NCBI RefSeq assembly: GCF_001194135.2
Contig: NC_068981.1
Location: forward strand, 81,431,858-81,495,857
Direction: 5' to 3'
Source: Octopus bimaculoides
Taxonomy: Eukaryota
DNA: 64,000 nucleotides
The notes beneath the pieces were generated by a model. That model saw nothing but the letters and a program-made list of their open reading frames with translations. It was not told the DNA's origin and ran no database searches. Below, one piece after another: positions 12,618 through 25,713 of this stretch (position 1 is its first letter; every line of letters begins with the position of its first letter). A program made the translations under genes and the position numbers.

Positions 12618-13395
12618 GGTGCAGGCATGGCTGTGTGGTAAGAAGCTTGCTTTCCAACCACATAGTTCTAGTCTAGGTTCAGCACCTTGGGCAAGTATCT
12701 TCTACTATAGCCTTGGGCTGACCAAAGCCATGTGAGTGGATTTGGTAGATGGAACTGAAAGATGCTAGTCATATATTTGTGTGTCTTTGTGTTTGTGTTT
12801 GTCTCCACTTCTCACTGCTTGACAACCTGTGACTTAGTAGTTTGGCAAAAAGAGACCGACAGAACAAGTACCAGACTCAAAAGAGAGGAGCAGGAGTGAC
12901 TGTGTGGTAAGTAGCTTGCTTATCAACCACATGGTTCCAGGTTCAGTCCCACTGTGTGGCACCTTGGGCAAGTTGTCTTCTACTATAGCCTCGGGCCGAC
13001 CAAAGCCTTGTGAGTGGATTTGGTAGACGGAAACTGAAAGAAGCCCGTTGTATATATGTATATGTATATGTATATGTGTGTTTGTGTGTCTGTGTTTGTC
13101 CACCAACATCGTTTGACAACCGATGCTGGTGTGTTTACGTCCCCGTAACTTAGCGGTTCGGCAAAAGAGAACAATAGAATAAGTACTAGGCTTCCAAAGA
13201 ATAAGTCCTGGGGTCGATTTGCTCGACTAAAGACAGTGCTCCAGCATGGCCGCAGTAAAATGACTGAAACAAGTAAAAGAGTAATAGAGAAAAAAAAAAA
13301 ACAAGTACTGGGATCAATTCATCAAACTGAAAGTTCTTCAAGGCGGAGCCCCAGCATGGCTGCTGTCTAATGACTGGAACAAGTAAAAGATAAAG
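12618..13395 (+). mobile_element. Tandem cluster of family-B SINEs (12618-12860 partial, 12887-13285 complete, extra tail to 13395)
   Basis: Two GG(T/A)GCAGG...GTGTGGTAAG heads and repeated GCTCCAGCATGGC...TGACTG(A/G)AACAAGTAAAAGA tails. Confidence 0.85.
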
Positions 13396-14364
13396 ATAAA
13401 GATAAATACTAGCACCTTGAATTTACAAGGCACAGGCATAATTGTATGGTTAAAAAGTTTGTTTTGGAATCATTTGGTCTTGAGTTCCACCACAAAGTGT
13501 CCCCTGCTATAGCCCTGGGTCAGTCAATACTTTGTAAGTAAATTTGGGAGATGGAAAACATCGCGCATGTGTGTGTGTGTGTGTCTATTTCTCACAGTTT
13601 GACAATCAGTGTTCATTTGTTTAAATTCCTGTAACTTAGTAATTTAATAAAAAGAGACCATTAGAATAAGTACTACATTTAAAATAAACCAGGGCTATAG
13701 TAGGAGCTTCTTGCCCAAGGGGCCACACAGTGGGACTGAACCTTAAACAATGTGGTTGCAAAGCAAACTTCTTAACTACACAGCCATACTTGTGCCTAAA
13801 AACCTATATTTGTGTCTAAGGTTTGTATTTGAAGTATTTCTTTTCTTATAACCACGTTTCACATCTTGAGGCTAATGCAAGGATCAAATTGAAACATTAT
13901 AAACAATCAGACAGCTACATTAAACATCTAGTCTGTTTATCACACCAACTCAACTTGTTCTCTTTCTACTAAGCAGATTGTGCAGCTAAATGCTGTACAA
14001 ACCACAAGGGAAAGAAATGTAATATACTATTTTAAGAGAGGCCCTACATCTTTAAAATGTCCAAGACAGATATGAAATACATGGTAAAATTATTTTAATA
14101 GTTTCTGGTTTTCATGCATTAAAAATTTCAGTGAACTTATATTTTTGTACCAGGAAAACAATTGTAAATTATACAGTAGTACATAGCAGACATTCAAACT
14201 TTAAACTGATTCAACTTTACGATGAAAGTAAACAAAGTTTGTCTTTAGAAGCATTGAGATGTATTGTAAGATACAGAAATAAATTTATTTCTCAAATGCG
14301 TGATAAAGCTATAAATAGCATGATCAGGATAATTTATCCATATAATGCAGAAAAAATACTTTAC

Positions 14365-14438
14365 TGGCCAGCCATGAGACTTGAACTCACATCTCTGTAA
14401 TTACATGTCAAGTGTTTTACCATTAAACTAAACTGCCC
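14365..14438 (-). pseudogene. tRNA-Thr(TGT)-like pseudogene or isolated SINE head
   Basis: Minus: GGGCAGTT-TA-GTTT AATGGT AAAAC-A-CTTGA CATGTAA TTACA-GAGAT-GTGAG TTCAAGT CTCAT-GGCTGGCC-A. The T-arm is intact and the acceptor stem has one mismatch, but the anticodon stem is broken. Confidence 0.5.
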
Positions 14439-14565
14439 AGCAACAAATTCTTCTGCAATTTTAGAACTTATAAATTTAGCTTCATAAGACGCTATGAAGC
14501 TAAATTATAAGTTCTAAAATTGCAGAAGAATTTGTTGCTGGGCAGTTTAGTTTAATGCTAAAACA
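14413..14565. repeat. Near-perfect inverted repeat (74/73-bp arms, 6-nt loop)
   Basis: 14413-14486 is the reverse complement of 14493-14565 except for one substitution and one 1-nt indel; loop AGACGC. Confidence 0.97.
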
Positions 14566-17500
14566 TTTAAACTGATTGTTATAGCCTCATTTCGATTGCC
14601 ACTTTTTCACATTTCATTTTGGAACTCAAGATAAAAATAGAGGCCTAACTAAACCTGTAGTATTTAATCCTTTAGAAATTCAGATAAGTCTATTAAATGT
14701 AATGCTTATTTATTCAAATTGTTTTGAATGAATCATGTATTATCTTGTACCTTCAAGAATTTGATGGTGCGATTGTTTATTTTTAGAACGACATAGTAGG
14801 GTAGGTATGAAAGGCTGGATATGGCCAGTTTGAACATAAAACAGGTAGAATATTTTGGGCTGGTATGGCCAGTTTAAATGCTAAAAGGTTAAAAGTTGTT
14901 GGCAAAAATAAATTTAAGAACTTCATAATAAGAAAACAAAACAAAACAAAAAATGATGTGTATACTATGCATCTTTTTTTCCTTAATTTCAAATTCAAAT
15001 TTCTAATCTCAAATATAATAAAAATGATCATCTCCCCACTAGGGAATGACACAAGTAATAATGTAACTTTGTTCCTCTTACTTCATTGTAATTTCATCAT
15101 TTTCGTTTTTCTTTAAAAATGACAGATTGACAGAGTCAGGATGATTAAATGGAGTAACAGACCAGGGTAGTGGATTGAGAGAAATGTTAAAACTTTAAAT
15201 GAGATGCTTTACAGAATTTGTTCAGGGTCTTTGTTTTTTGAGTTCTTTGATAATCAACTTAATTTGTTACCCAGTGTAACACAACTGCTTGGCATTTGAG
15301 TACCTTTAGCAAAGCCCATTCTGTTGCATGCATCTGTGTAAGGTCTCTGGTTTAAGGATAAGTGTTATTCTTTTGTTCCACCAGTCTAAGAAGTCCCTAA
15401 GAGAGAGTCATGAGCACTGCCCTTCTTTCCAATATTAGACTGTCACCACCCCACCAAAAAAAAAAAGAAGAAAAACGAAAGAAAAAACGATTACATGTGT
15501 GGTTTATTCGTTAAGATGGATGTCAAAGGTCTCCTTGGTGATTTCTTGTTTTTGACATTTTAATATTTTAAGTGAAACCAGGGTGTTTTTGTTTAATCTA
15601 CGTTAGTCTTAGCTGAACATAATTGTGATTAAAGTCATTCAGCTATGATTGTCGCATCCAATTCTTCATTCAGGTACTGTAAGAGAAGGATGAAGTTTGT
15701 AAAAAGGCAGGTTGTAACTTGAAGGGAAGCCTAGCCGTTATTTCTAGCAGAGAAACTGGTCTTGTATAGGCTCGCCTTACTAGTTAGACTGAAGCCAGAT
15801 AATAACTGAATCAGTTGTAGAATTCTGGCTGGAATTACTAAGAGATGCATATCGTGCACTTTAACTTTTCTTTTAGCATTTTCATTCTTTTATATTATTG
15901 TTCATAACTGTTTTGTTGTTTTGTTAATCAGTTCCAGTTTCAAAGAGCAGATTGATAAAGTTCCTCCTGGCTCATGCCAGCAGTATACAAGATGAAAAAC
16001 CTTTACAGATGCTCATATTTCAAAACTGTTTTCAGACCATAAGTGTCTAAATTCTTGTCAGAAATGCAAGTCAGTAAACAAAACCAGAAACCCAATATCA
16101 AGATGTATCTGATAAAAGCTTAGCCAACGGCTATCGCATATCAATGGTTATATTTATTTTTGTATTTTTTTAAAAACACTTAGTATTTTGTACATGAATA
16201 AAACATGATTTGTACTCATAGATTTATTAAATAGAGATAAGTGAGTGTGTGTACCATTAATTAAAGAATAAAAAAATTAATATTAATCAAAACCATAATT
16301 ATTCACATAATGAAACGATGATTTTTGTGTCAGATTCGGCTGCTGCTGTTATTTAAAATGAATAGAATAGAGGGTGAAGGAAGATGATGTTTGTTATGAT
16401 TTGTCAACAGAAACAGTGTGAATTCAGTTGTGTGTGTGAGAGAAAGAGCAAAAGAAAGAAGTGGAAGAGAAATCATGCCAGAGTTTGTTTATGTTGCAGC
16501 AGTAAGCTGCAAGTCGAAGGAATGAATCAAAAAGTGATACAAAGTCAGATTCGTTAAGACATACTGCCTGAAGAAATTCGCCTGAAATATGAAAATCAAT
16601 ATTTCACATTCCGATTCTTTAAATTGGCACAAAGCTTTAGATTAATAGATCGGGGAGAAAAAGTTTTAAGTTAACATTCATATTTTTTTTTTCTATAAGA
16701 ATTTTCAGTGACACATTTAAAGTGTCCACCGGGAAATTGAAACATTTCATTATAAAACACCTGTCACGACATATATTTTTGAGAAATTAGAGCAAGACAC
16801 TGGGGAGTAATTTATACAAATCTGTTGGAGAAAAGGCCATCACTTATAGTTAGTAACCTTTAAGGAAATATATATTTTCATCTTTACTCCTAAAAAAAAA
16901 AATGTAGTGAAGGCAAATATTTTATATTTCCTGTATTTATCTTTCATGCCTTACAAAACAAAAATCGATCTAAAATTTGTTTTAATATCTAGGTACTTTT
17001 ATTTTCTTTGAAAACGATTTAATTTGAAGAAAATTACAATACGCTATTGAAAGCTATTGAATACATATATTTTAGAAACCATAACAAACATTTATATCTT
17101 CTCGTGTTTTTTGTTTCTTTACATTTTCATTTCGCTTTGTAAATAGAAAGAAAGAAACAGCTTTTTTTTTTTTTTGTTCTTATGTTTGAGAGTTCATCTC
17201 ATGTCCGTACATCCATATGATCCTAGTAGAAAGCATTACTGCCTTCCTCGTTAACAACTGCCAATCATAAGCACTCTGGACCTGTATCATTTAGCATCAT
17301 GTACTGACCTAATTTTTTTTGTAAACAGTACACTGACTCCCGTCACACAAACAAAAAACGCGCCAAGCGTGCTTGCATATGCATTGTAAGCGATAGTAAG
17401 GAATGCCCCCTGCTTTAGAGTACAACACATTTTAATCTTAAAAATTAATTAGCTTTCAACATGTTTGATTAATTAGAAACTTCCTTTTTTTTTAAGTAAA

Positions 17501-18778
17501 CCATGTAGCAGAAATATATATTCAGGGCCTCGGAGACGGGTGACAGGAAGTCAGGTCGGAGGCCTGGCCTGTAATGCTTACAATAGAGATATATACATCA
17601 CGTAAAAGGGATACTTGATGTATCTCTTTTAACGAGATACACCATGTTAAGAACCATCGATTTTTAACGAGATACGTTTTTTACGTGATGGTGTTAAAGT
17701 AGATGACGGATTAATCCACCACTCAAAAGCAGCCGACTTGATGCTTCCGAGAAAGACAAGACTACTTATGCATGGTATCGCGCAGTGGAATCGAACCAGA
17801 AACCATACAGTTACAAAGTAAACTTCTTAACCACCACAGCCATGTCTGAGAACACAAATATGTTCGGTGATTGGAAACTGCGCAATGTTTATGATTATTT
17901 AAGCTCTTCCAAATCTGCGTCTTCGGCTGGTATTCTGTTTCTCACAGATTATTTAGAGAAGAGCAGCCTCTAACCTTTATGGGAGAGAACTATGAGACTG
18001 AGTGGTAGTGGTGGTTGGGAGGGGAAGAATCCACAACTAATAGTGTGAGGTTAATTCAATTAGATATAGAGTAAAGCTAAGGTTAGAGATCTAACATAAT
18101 ACTTGCATCAGTGGACTCCATAAATGGCACCCCAAGGACAATGCAGTGATGGCGTTAAACCGAGCGATGGGTTTCTACCAGGCTCCCGTTAAGTCAGTCT
18201 ATACAATTTCGCTCACATAGTAAGAGTCAACCGGAGGTTATAATCGAAGATATTTTCCCAAGGTACCACACGAGTCTGAGGTTAAAAAAATATCCAGGAT
18301 AACGAAATACCGCCCCTCCCTCGTGGTGGTGATCATTAGTATTACACCCATAAACTCTAGACCAGAATAACTCGATACAAACACGAATGCCATTAGCCTT
18401 TCTCAAGAAACAAGTAATTTCAAATATGTATATTTAATCAAGCTTTTTGTAATATGTAATTATGTAAAAATAAAATATGTAACTGTATACAATGTATATT
18501 TCATAATGATATTATTGTTTGATCCAATATAGTAGTTATTCCACCTGATTATTGTCTAGGCAACAAAACAAGAATTCCTGCATTTAAAATCTGTAAAAGA
18601 ATTTGGTATTGCCAGATTCTATATTATCTCAAAAATGTTTAGAGGAGGAGAGGAACAACAGTGTCCCGTGATGCTACTTATATTATTTAGGGAGTTTCTT
18701 TGTATTTTGTTTATTTATTTTAAACTCTTTATAGTTTACTTTTGTATATTGATGTTCTAATAAATCTATTGTAACAAA

Positions 18779-18985
18779 GTTCCTCCGAAGGATCTCTGGA
18801 GTAACGTTACTCGACAAGGTGCGGTAACTCAGAGATCAGGGAGTCTCGAAGTTGAGCTGTTACTTCTCCGCATTGAGAGACCACAGCTCCGATACTACGG
18901 ATACGTGATTCTTCAAGCCAAACTAACCAGCAGGAGATCTGGGGTAGACCAAGAATGAGATAGTTTGATAATATCCATAGTCACA
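18779..18985 (+). pseudogene. RTE-clade LINE 3' fragment
   Basis: Across frameshifts reads LRRISGVTLLDKVR/NSEIRES.EVELLLLRIERPQLRYYGYV...GRPRMR.FDNI, typical of the RTE C-terminus. Confidence 0.7.
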
Positions 18986-19959
18986 GATGGTCACGCTTGC
19001 GAATCAAGCCAGAAAATCTAACGACGGTGCTTCTGAGGATTCTTCTATCACAACTATTCCTAAGAATAGTGGCCAGAGAAGATAGATAGATAAATCTGTT
19101 ATAATATATAAAAGTAGTCTTTCTTATAAAAATATTGGATCAGACAATACTAACCTTTCTTAAATTCATATTTTATACAATTACTTACTTTATACTTAAA
19201 GAAAACCATAATTATTTGAAGCATTATTCTTAGTTTGGTACATATCGGGAGGGTCATTATGTCAATAACGAATGCATGCACTGGTTCTATTTCATTATTT
19301 ATTTTTATTTGTCGATTATTTAACCATTTAACTAATTAAATACCCGACTGACTGATAAATCGTTCGGTCAATTAATCAATTAGGGACGTTTGTCAAAGTC
19401 CTTTCGTTGCCATTCGCAAGCCTCATCAAAAACATACCCTCTCTACTTCATGTTTTCTGAATCGTTAGGCTGTCGGTGACAAGAATACCTTGCAGTAGTT
19501 CTTTCGGGTTTTTATGTTCTGAGTTCAAATTCTGCTGGTGTCGGCTTTGCTTTAATCCTTCCGAGGGTTGATAAAATAAAGTACAAGCTAAGTACTGGCG
19601 TCAATTTAATCGACTATCTCCGCACGCCGTAAGGGCTGCCCGACTTGGACTCAAATAGACTACACAATAACAACACTCTTAATGCAACAGAAATTGTTTA
19701 TTTGTTTTGTATAATTAGCAACAATTTTGCTTTTAAAGAAAGGAAGACAATTAGTCAGAAGCTAACTGAACGGTACACCAAAAGGTGTCTGGAAAAATTA
19801 CAGGAAAAAGTCACAATTTTAATTAGGAAAAAAGTCACTTGATAAAAATCACATTCTATTTAGATACCATAAACAATTAAAAGTAATGAAACAAAAAATA
19901 TTTTAAATCAGTTATTAACTGACAGCATACGATTTGTACACAATTTATATATGATGGCA

Positions 19960-20610
19960 TTGCACAGGCATGGCTGTGTGGTAAGAAATTTGCTTCTCAA
20001 TCACATGGTTCCCGGTTCAGTCCCACTGTGTGGCACCTTCGGCAAGTGTCTTTTGCTATAGCCTCGGGCCAACCCAAACTTTGTGAGTGGATTTGGTAGA
20101 CGGGAACTGAAAGAAGCTATGTGGTATATGCATATATATATATTATTCAAATTTACAGAAAACAAAAGACGAAGATGGATGTAGGAACAAGAAGCAGGGG
20201 TATTATAGTTTAACGCTCGGGAAGAACGGGAAAAGTCTTTTACGTTTCGAGCCTACGCTCTTCGACAGAAAGGATTAAGAGGGAAAACCAGGGAGAGAGA
20301 AAGGAAACAAAATTGTAGGGATTAACGGTTCAACATTACAAATAGCCAGAAGCTGAATGAAAAGGAGATAATTACAGTGACCCGGCCATACGTGTGTGTT
20401 TGTCCCCCCATCCCCACCCCACCGCTTGACAACCGGTGCTGGTGAGTTTACGTCCTTGTAACTTAGCGGTGCGGAAAGAGACAGAATAAGTACCAGGCTT
20501 TAAAAAAATAAGTATTGTAGGTCGATATATTCGACTAAAAATTCTTCAAGGCGGTACCCCAGTATGGCCGCAGTCGAAGAAGTGAAACAAGTAAACGATA
20601 AAAGATATAT
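19960..20610 (+). mobile_element. SINE family B interrupted in its central microsatellite by another repeat
   Basis: Head at 19960-20130, 3' half at 20390-20610; the insert at 20150-20345 is in opposite orientation. Confidence 0.8.
20150..20345 (-). repeat. Dispersed repeat carrying a hammerhead-like motif (copy 2 of 3)
   Basis: Minus 20272-20237: CTTT-CTGTCGA-A-GAGC GTAG GCTC-GAA-ACGT-A-AAAG. Confidence 0.75.
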
Positions 20611-20768
20611 GTGAAAAAAAAAACAACTTTTAATTCAATTTCATAAAAGAAAGACAATGAAAAATTTGAAGTTAGTCATTTACTGACAATACAGGATGTG
20701 TACAGACTGAAAATATCTTACATAGTATCCCGGTATTACAAGTATAATTTAGTATGTTTAATATTGAT

Positions 20769-20974
20769 TTCAAATTTTGGCACAAAGCCAGCAATTTCAG
20801 AGGAAAGGCTAAGTCGATTACATTGACCCCAGTACTTAACTGGTACTTATTTCACAGACCCTGAAAAGATGAAAGGCAAAGTCGGCCTCGGCGGAATTTG
20901 AACTCAGACGGTAAAGACGGACGAAATGCTGCTAAGCATTTTGCTCGGACTGCTAACGATCCTGCCAGCTTTAC
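20769..20974 (-). mobile_element. SINE family C (GAGTTCAAATTCCGCCGAGG...TTTGCCTTTCATC...AAGTACCAGT)
   Basis: B-box plus family core; flanking direct repeat AGTATGTTTAATATTGAT at 20751-20768 and 20975-20992, with a third copy at 21003-21020. Confidence 0.85.
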
Positions 20975-21950
20975 AGTATGTTTAATATTGATCCAGCCTT
21001 ACAGTATGTTTAATATTGATGACTAAGACGAATATTCCAGCCAACGCTACCAAGAAACTCTACCATAAGAAACTCACATTGGTCAATACGCAAGTTATGA
21101 AGGAGTTCTTGTAGCTGCACAAACCGTCAACGAATTTTTCTTTGAGGTGCGTTATCAATAGCATCCTGACTTATGATTGACTTTTCTCCAGTGACTATTT
21201 TCCGAGTGAATTTGACACTAATCGTCCCATGCTTCCTTTACCTTCCTTCGCCCTCATCCAAATGTTCGTCATTGCCTCCATATGGATATATCTCTCCGAA
21301 AGGCGTTACTGCGTCTCGGTATCGTGTATTAATTGGAACCACTTCAGCAAGTAATACTATTAACACACAAATACGTGTATTATTTCCATCCTCTTGATAA
21401 ATCTAGAGACCTGTGTCATCCCAAGGCCGAAGTAAACTGAGGGGGTTGTCAGTGAACAAAATCTACACCTCGGTTTCGGTTCTAGGTTGCAAACATTTCA
21501 CCACAGTTAAGCCAATAATTTTGAAGTGCTGCTATGAATTTATAGCCTTATTCCAATCTAAAGAAATCAAGAATTAAACAAAGGGATGGAAATGGTAGTA
21601 TCGGTAGAACAGCAACACAAAATAAAATACCTTGTTATAATGTGCTCCGTCTTTTTACGTTCTTATTTCTTAAGTTTACCTTGAGAAAACATTGCTTTTC
21701 ATCCTATCATAGTTGATAAAATAAGTACTAGACGAGCTAATGAGAGAAGCCTTATTGTAGTCGGCCGATCAGCTAGAAAAAGCAACAAACTACCCCTCAA
21801 CTTACATCCTACTGTCTTAAAAAGAAAAGAAGGATGTATGCTGTAGTGTACCTTGGATCTTATTTGAATAAATGTTTACTGTCTGAGACTTAAAGAACAA
21901 CACCAACACGTATGTATGCATGCATACATTACTACTACTTACTACTACTA

Positions 21951-21992
<42 letters not shown>

Positions 21993-23199
21993 GCAGCGGT
22001 GGTTTGTAACCTTGCCCAGAAATGAGAAACTAATCGGCAAAAAGATAAACATGATGGAACTTATTTAGCAAACAACAAATCTTAAACGAAAAAAAAAAGA
22101 AGTCTATAACCACGGAAGATCTTGTTTAAAAGCAAACATTCAAAATAGGATTTGTTAATCTGTTCATGTAGTTCTCAATCTTGATTTCGGGACGCAGTTT
22201 TGAAAAAATGTAGTAAAAATTAAAAATGAAGAAAAACATNNNNNNNNNNNNNNNNNNNNNNNNNNNNNNNNNNNNNNNNNNNNNNNNNNNNNNNNNNNNN
22301 NNNNNNNNNNNNNNNNNNNNNNNNNNNNNNNNNNNNNNNNNNNNNNNNNNNNNNNNNNTATATATATATAAATTCAGAAGATTGGTACAAAAAGGCACCA
22401 ATATTTTGCTGGAAATTAATACATTTGTATTGAAATATTTTTCATTGATATATATATATTATAGTAGGGTAGGCCGGTTTATCGGGTTACCCTGGGTTTC
22501 TCGCTCATAAGGGGTTTAGCCTTACGGCGTTCTTCAGATCCCAAACACTGCTGGCCTGAGACCTCTTTAAAATATGGAGGGAAAAAAGCTTTGTTTTAAA
22601 GGTAACACGCTTTGCCATTGTCCATCCATCTACGGACGCGCCGCCATCTTGCGGTCATCAAAGCATCGCGAAGGTAAACGATTTTTTCCCTTCGGCTTTG
22701 GCTACTGGTTTTCCTGCTGTAGTGCCGCCCTGCTGATTCCAAAAGGCCAGCAGGATTTTTCTAAAATGCAAGCATGGCCAGAAAATCTCGTGCATTCGGC
22801 AGTGCATAACTTGCACCGTTTCGTCCCGTTGATGTAGGCATGTACAGCACAGGCAACATATATTTATAAATTTTGGCCATCCTTTCAATCATACCGTTTG
22901 ACAATAACTGATTTAATCTCTTGGCGGTGGTTACACTGAAACAAACAAAGATGAAGAGAAAAACGGCTGAGACGCTCATAAGTTGAAGAAAAAGAAAAAA
23001 ACGTGGTCCTGGGTACTACTAAAATGTCGGGGTAGCTTTTAATCATAGGTCTGATCAGTTACATTCAGGGCTGACCTGAGGATACACAGCCCCTTGAGCT
23101 CATACTAATGGCTGGAGCAGAATTACTTCAACTGAGAACATTTGTCAAACTGTCGTGGTTTTTACAGTAGCGAATCTCATCCTGCAGTACTTAAATATT

Positions 23200-23381
23200 A
23201 GTTTCAAATTTTGGTACAAGGCCAGCAATTTTGGAGGAGGGGTAAGTCGATTACATCAACCCCAGTGGTCAACTGGTACTCATTTTATCGACCTCAAAAG
23301 GATGAAAGGCAAAGTAGACCTCGGCGGAATTTGAACTCATATTGCCCGGCGTGCTAATGAGTCTGCCAGCTCGCCGCCTTC
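23200..23381 (-). mobile_element. SINE family C
   Basis: Homologous to 20769-20974; 16-bp TSD GCAGTACTTAAATATT at 23184-23199 and 23382-23397. Confidence 0.88.
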
Positions 23382-23644
23382 GCAGTACTTAAATATTGGT
23401 AAATGGTTTGAACCATTTAGTTAAATGTAAAGATTTTTATTTGTTCGAGTCCTTAAAAAATGTCAAATGTCATGTAGTTCTTTTTAAAGAACTCGAGTAG
23501 AGTATGACTTCTGTATTTTGAGTGACTATTTCGAAAGAGAAACATAAATATCGAAAAATAAATATTCGCCTTTGTATAACCTACCACAACTGCATGAGAT
23601 AAAGTACACGCAGTTTTTGGTTATATTCTCTTCTATGGGTGGTT

Positions 23645-24340
23645 TTACTCGGAGAAATATTTGCGAAGTGTTGTATTACTTCTGAATACTGTCCTGATGT
23701 CATATGGACCGCATATCTTTTGTATCTTTTCCGAGAGGCCTCTGACATAGGGTAGACAGACTGTGGTCAGTTTATGGGTTTCATCCTCTCTCCTCTTCCT
23801 AATTGGAGTGGATAGTATGTTCTTTGGGTAGATGTTGCATAGCAGATTGTTTCTTAGCCTGATCATTTCTTCCTGGTGTGTATCAGGATCGCTACTTATA
23901 GTCTTTGCGCGATGTCTTAGGCGCTGAACAACCCCTCTCTTTATACTGCATGGATGGTGGGAATTGAAGTGGAGGTATTGTCCAGAGAATGTTGGGTTGC
24001 GGTATACGGATGTCCTGAACCCATACTCCGTGCGTGTTATTAATACGTCTAGGAATGCCAGCTGATTGTCCTTTACCTTTTCCAGTGTGAACTGTATGGG
24101 TGGCTTTATTGGATTCACATGATCTAGTAATATTTGGACATCCTCCTGGTGGAGCCAAAGTATGAAGGTGTCATCAACATATCGAATCCATAGGGTTGGT
24201 TTTAGTGGTTTTGATCCTAAAGCCAAATTCTCAAAGTATTCCATGTATATATTCGCTATTACTGGTGATAATATACTCTTCCATAGTACACACCTCATGT
24301 TGACACCTATACGTCAGACTGAACGCTGTTTTATCTCCAA
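23645..24340 (-). pseudogene. Penelope-like element reverse transcriptase fragment (RT motifs, thumb, linker)
   Basis: LSPVIANIYME...WIRYVDDTF...IQFTLE...LAFLDVLI...VYRNPTF...YLHFNSHHP...LPYVRGLSEKI are hallmark PLE RT motifs; truncated at both ends. Confidence 0.9.
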
Positions 24341-24718
24341 AGTGAATACTGCAAGTGATATTTAAGCAATAAACAGTTCTTTTGCATTTGACGACTGTTG
24401 CTTTACGTATTTCATTTCGATTTTCACTGGCGTAGTGGTAAGAACNNNNNNNNNNNNNNNNNNNNNNNNNNNNNNNNNNNNNNNNNNNNNNNNNNNNNNN
24501 NNNNNNNNNNNNNNNNNNNNNNNNNNNNNNNNNNNNNNNNNNNNNNNNNNNNNNNNNNNNNNNNNNNNNNNNNNNNNNNNNNNNNNNNNNNNNNNNNNNN
24601 NNNNNNNNNNNNNNNNNNNNNNNNNNNNNNNNNNNNNNNNNNNNNNNNNNNNNNNNNNNNNNNNNNNNNNNNNNNNNNNNNNNNNNNNNNNNNNNNNNNN
24701 NNNNNNNNNNNNNNNNNN

Positions 24719-24853
24719 CCAGGATTTATTCTTTGTAAGCCTAGTACTTATTCTCTCGGTCTCTTTTGCCGAACCGCTAAGTTACGGGGACGTAAACACA
24801 CCAGCATCGATTGTCAAGCGATGCTGGGGGGACAAACACAGACACACAAACAC

Positions 24854-24886
<33 letters not shown>

Positions 24887-25040
24887 CGACGGGCTTCTTC
24901 CAGTTTCTGTCTACCAAATCCACTCACAAGGCTTTGGTCGGCCCGAGGCTATAGCGGAAGACACTTGCCTAAGGTGCCATGCAGTGGGACTGAATCCGGA
25001 ACCATGTGGTTGGTAAGCAAGCTACTTACCACACAGCCAG
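24719..25040 (-). mobile_element. SINE family B
   Basis: Reverse complement of 12887-13200 at high identity; the 3' end runs into the gap. Confidence 0.9.
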
Positions 25041-25713
25041 GCAAGGTTTTAGATGTAATCCCCCAAATTTTTCACGTTTCTTTCAAGTGAATTTTGTTGA
25101 GAGTATCTTCAGAAAATTGAGTAATCACCAGTTACTTATTTGGTTTATTTTCACTTTTTTGCTCACTTTTCTAACTGCCTTTTCCTAGTAGTTTTTCATG
25201 TCAACTGGTTTATCGCATGAAAAACAGTTGTAAGAATACATTTGACCGCAAATGCACGAGGTTGATTACAGCTAATTAAAGCTAGAGTGATATCGATTCT
25301 TTTAGCCGCTTACAAACGTGTGAAAACGCAGAAATGAATACAGTTGTTCGTGGTCTAATATTTAAACCAAAATGAGAATGTATTTACAAATAGCAAGCTT
25401 TATTTACATATATTTATCATTTAAATGTGAAAACGTAGAAATGAATTCTATGTCGGTTAATGAACAGAATGGCGGAAAAAACAGGACAAAAGGTAATGTA
25501 AACAGTTCGGTTGGCGGGAAGGCAATCTATATGAACCTACGTGTTAAATTGATGGGAGATTACCTGGAGCAAGTGGAAGACTATCCAATAAAAATCAAAA
25601 ATGGTCAGTTTCAAAACAGGGCATTTTTTGGAAAAGTAACAGTAACCTAATGGGAACAGTAAGTAATCACAGAAGGGACTAACCTTAAAGGGCTTTCAAC
25701 TCCATGGAAATAA

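Noticed and set aside
17596-17690. 12-bp inverted repeat CATCACGTAAAA with internal direct repeat
   Set aside because: Too short and single-copy in the window, with no clear TSD to call an element.
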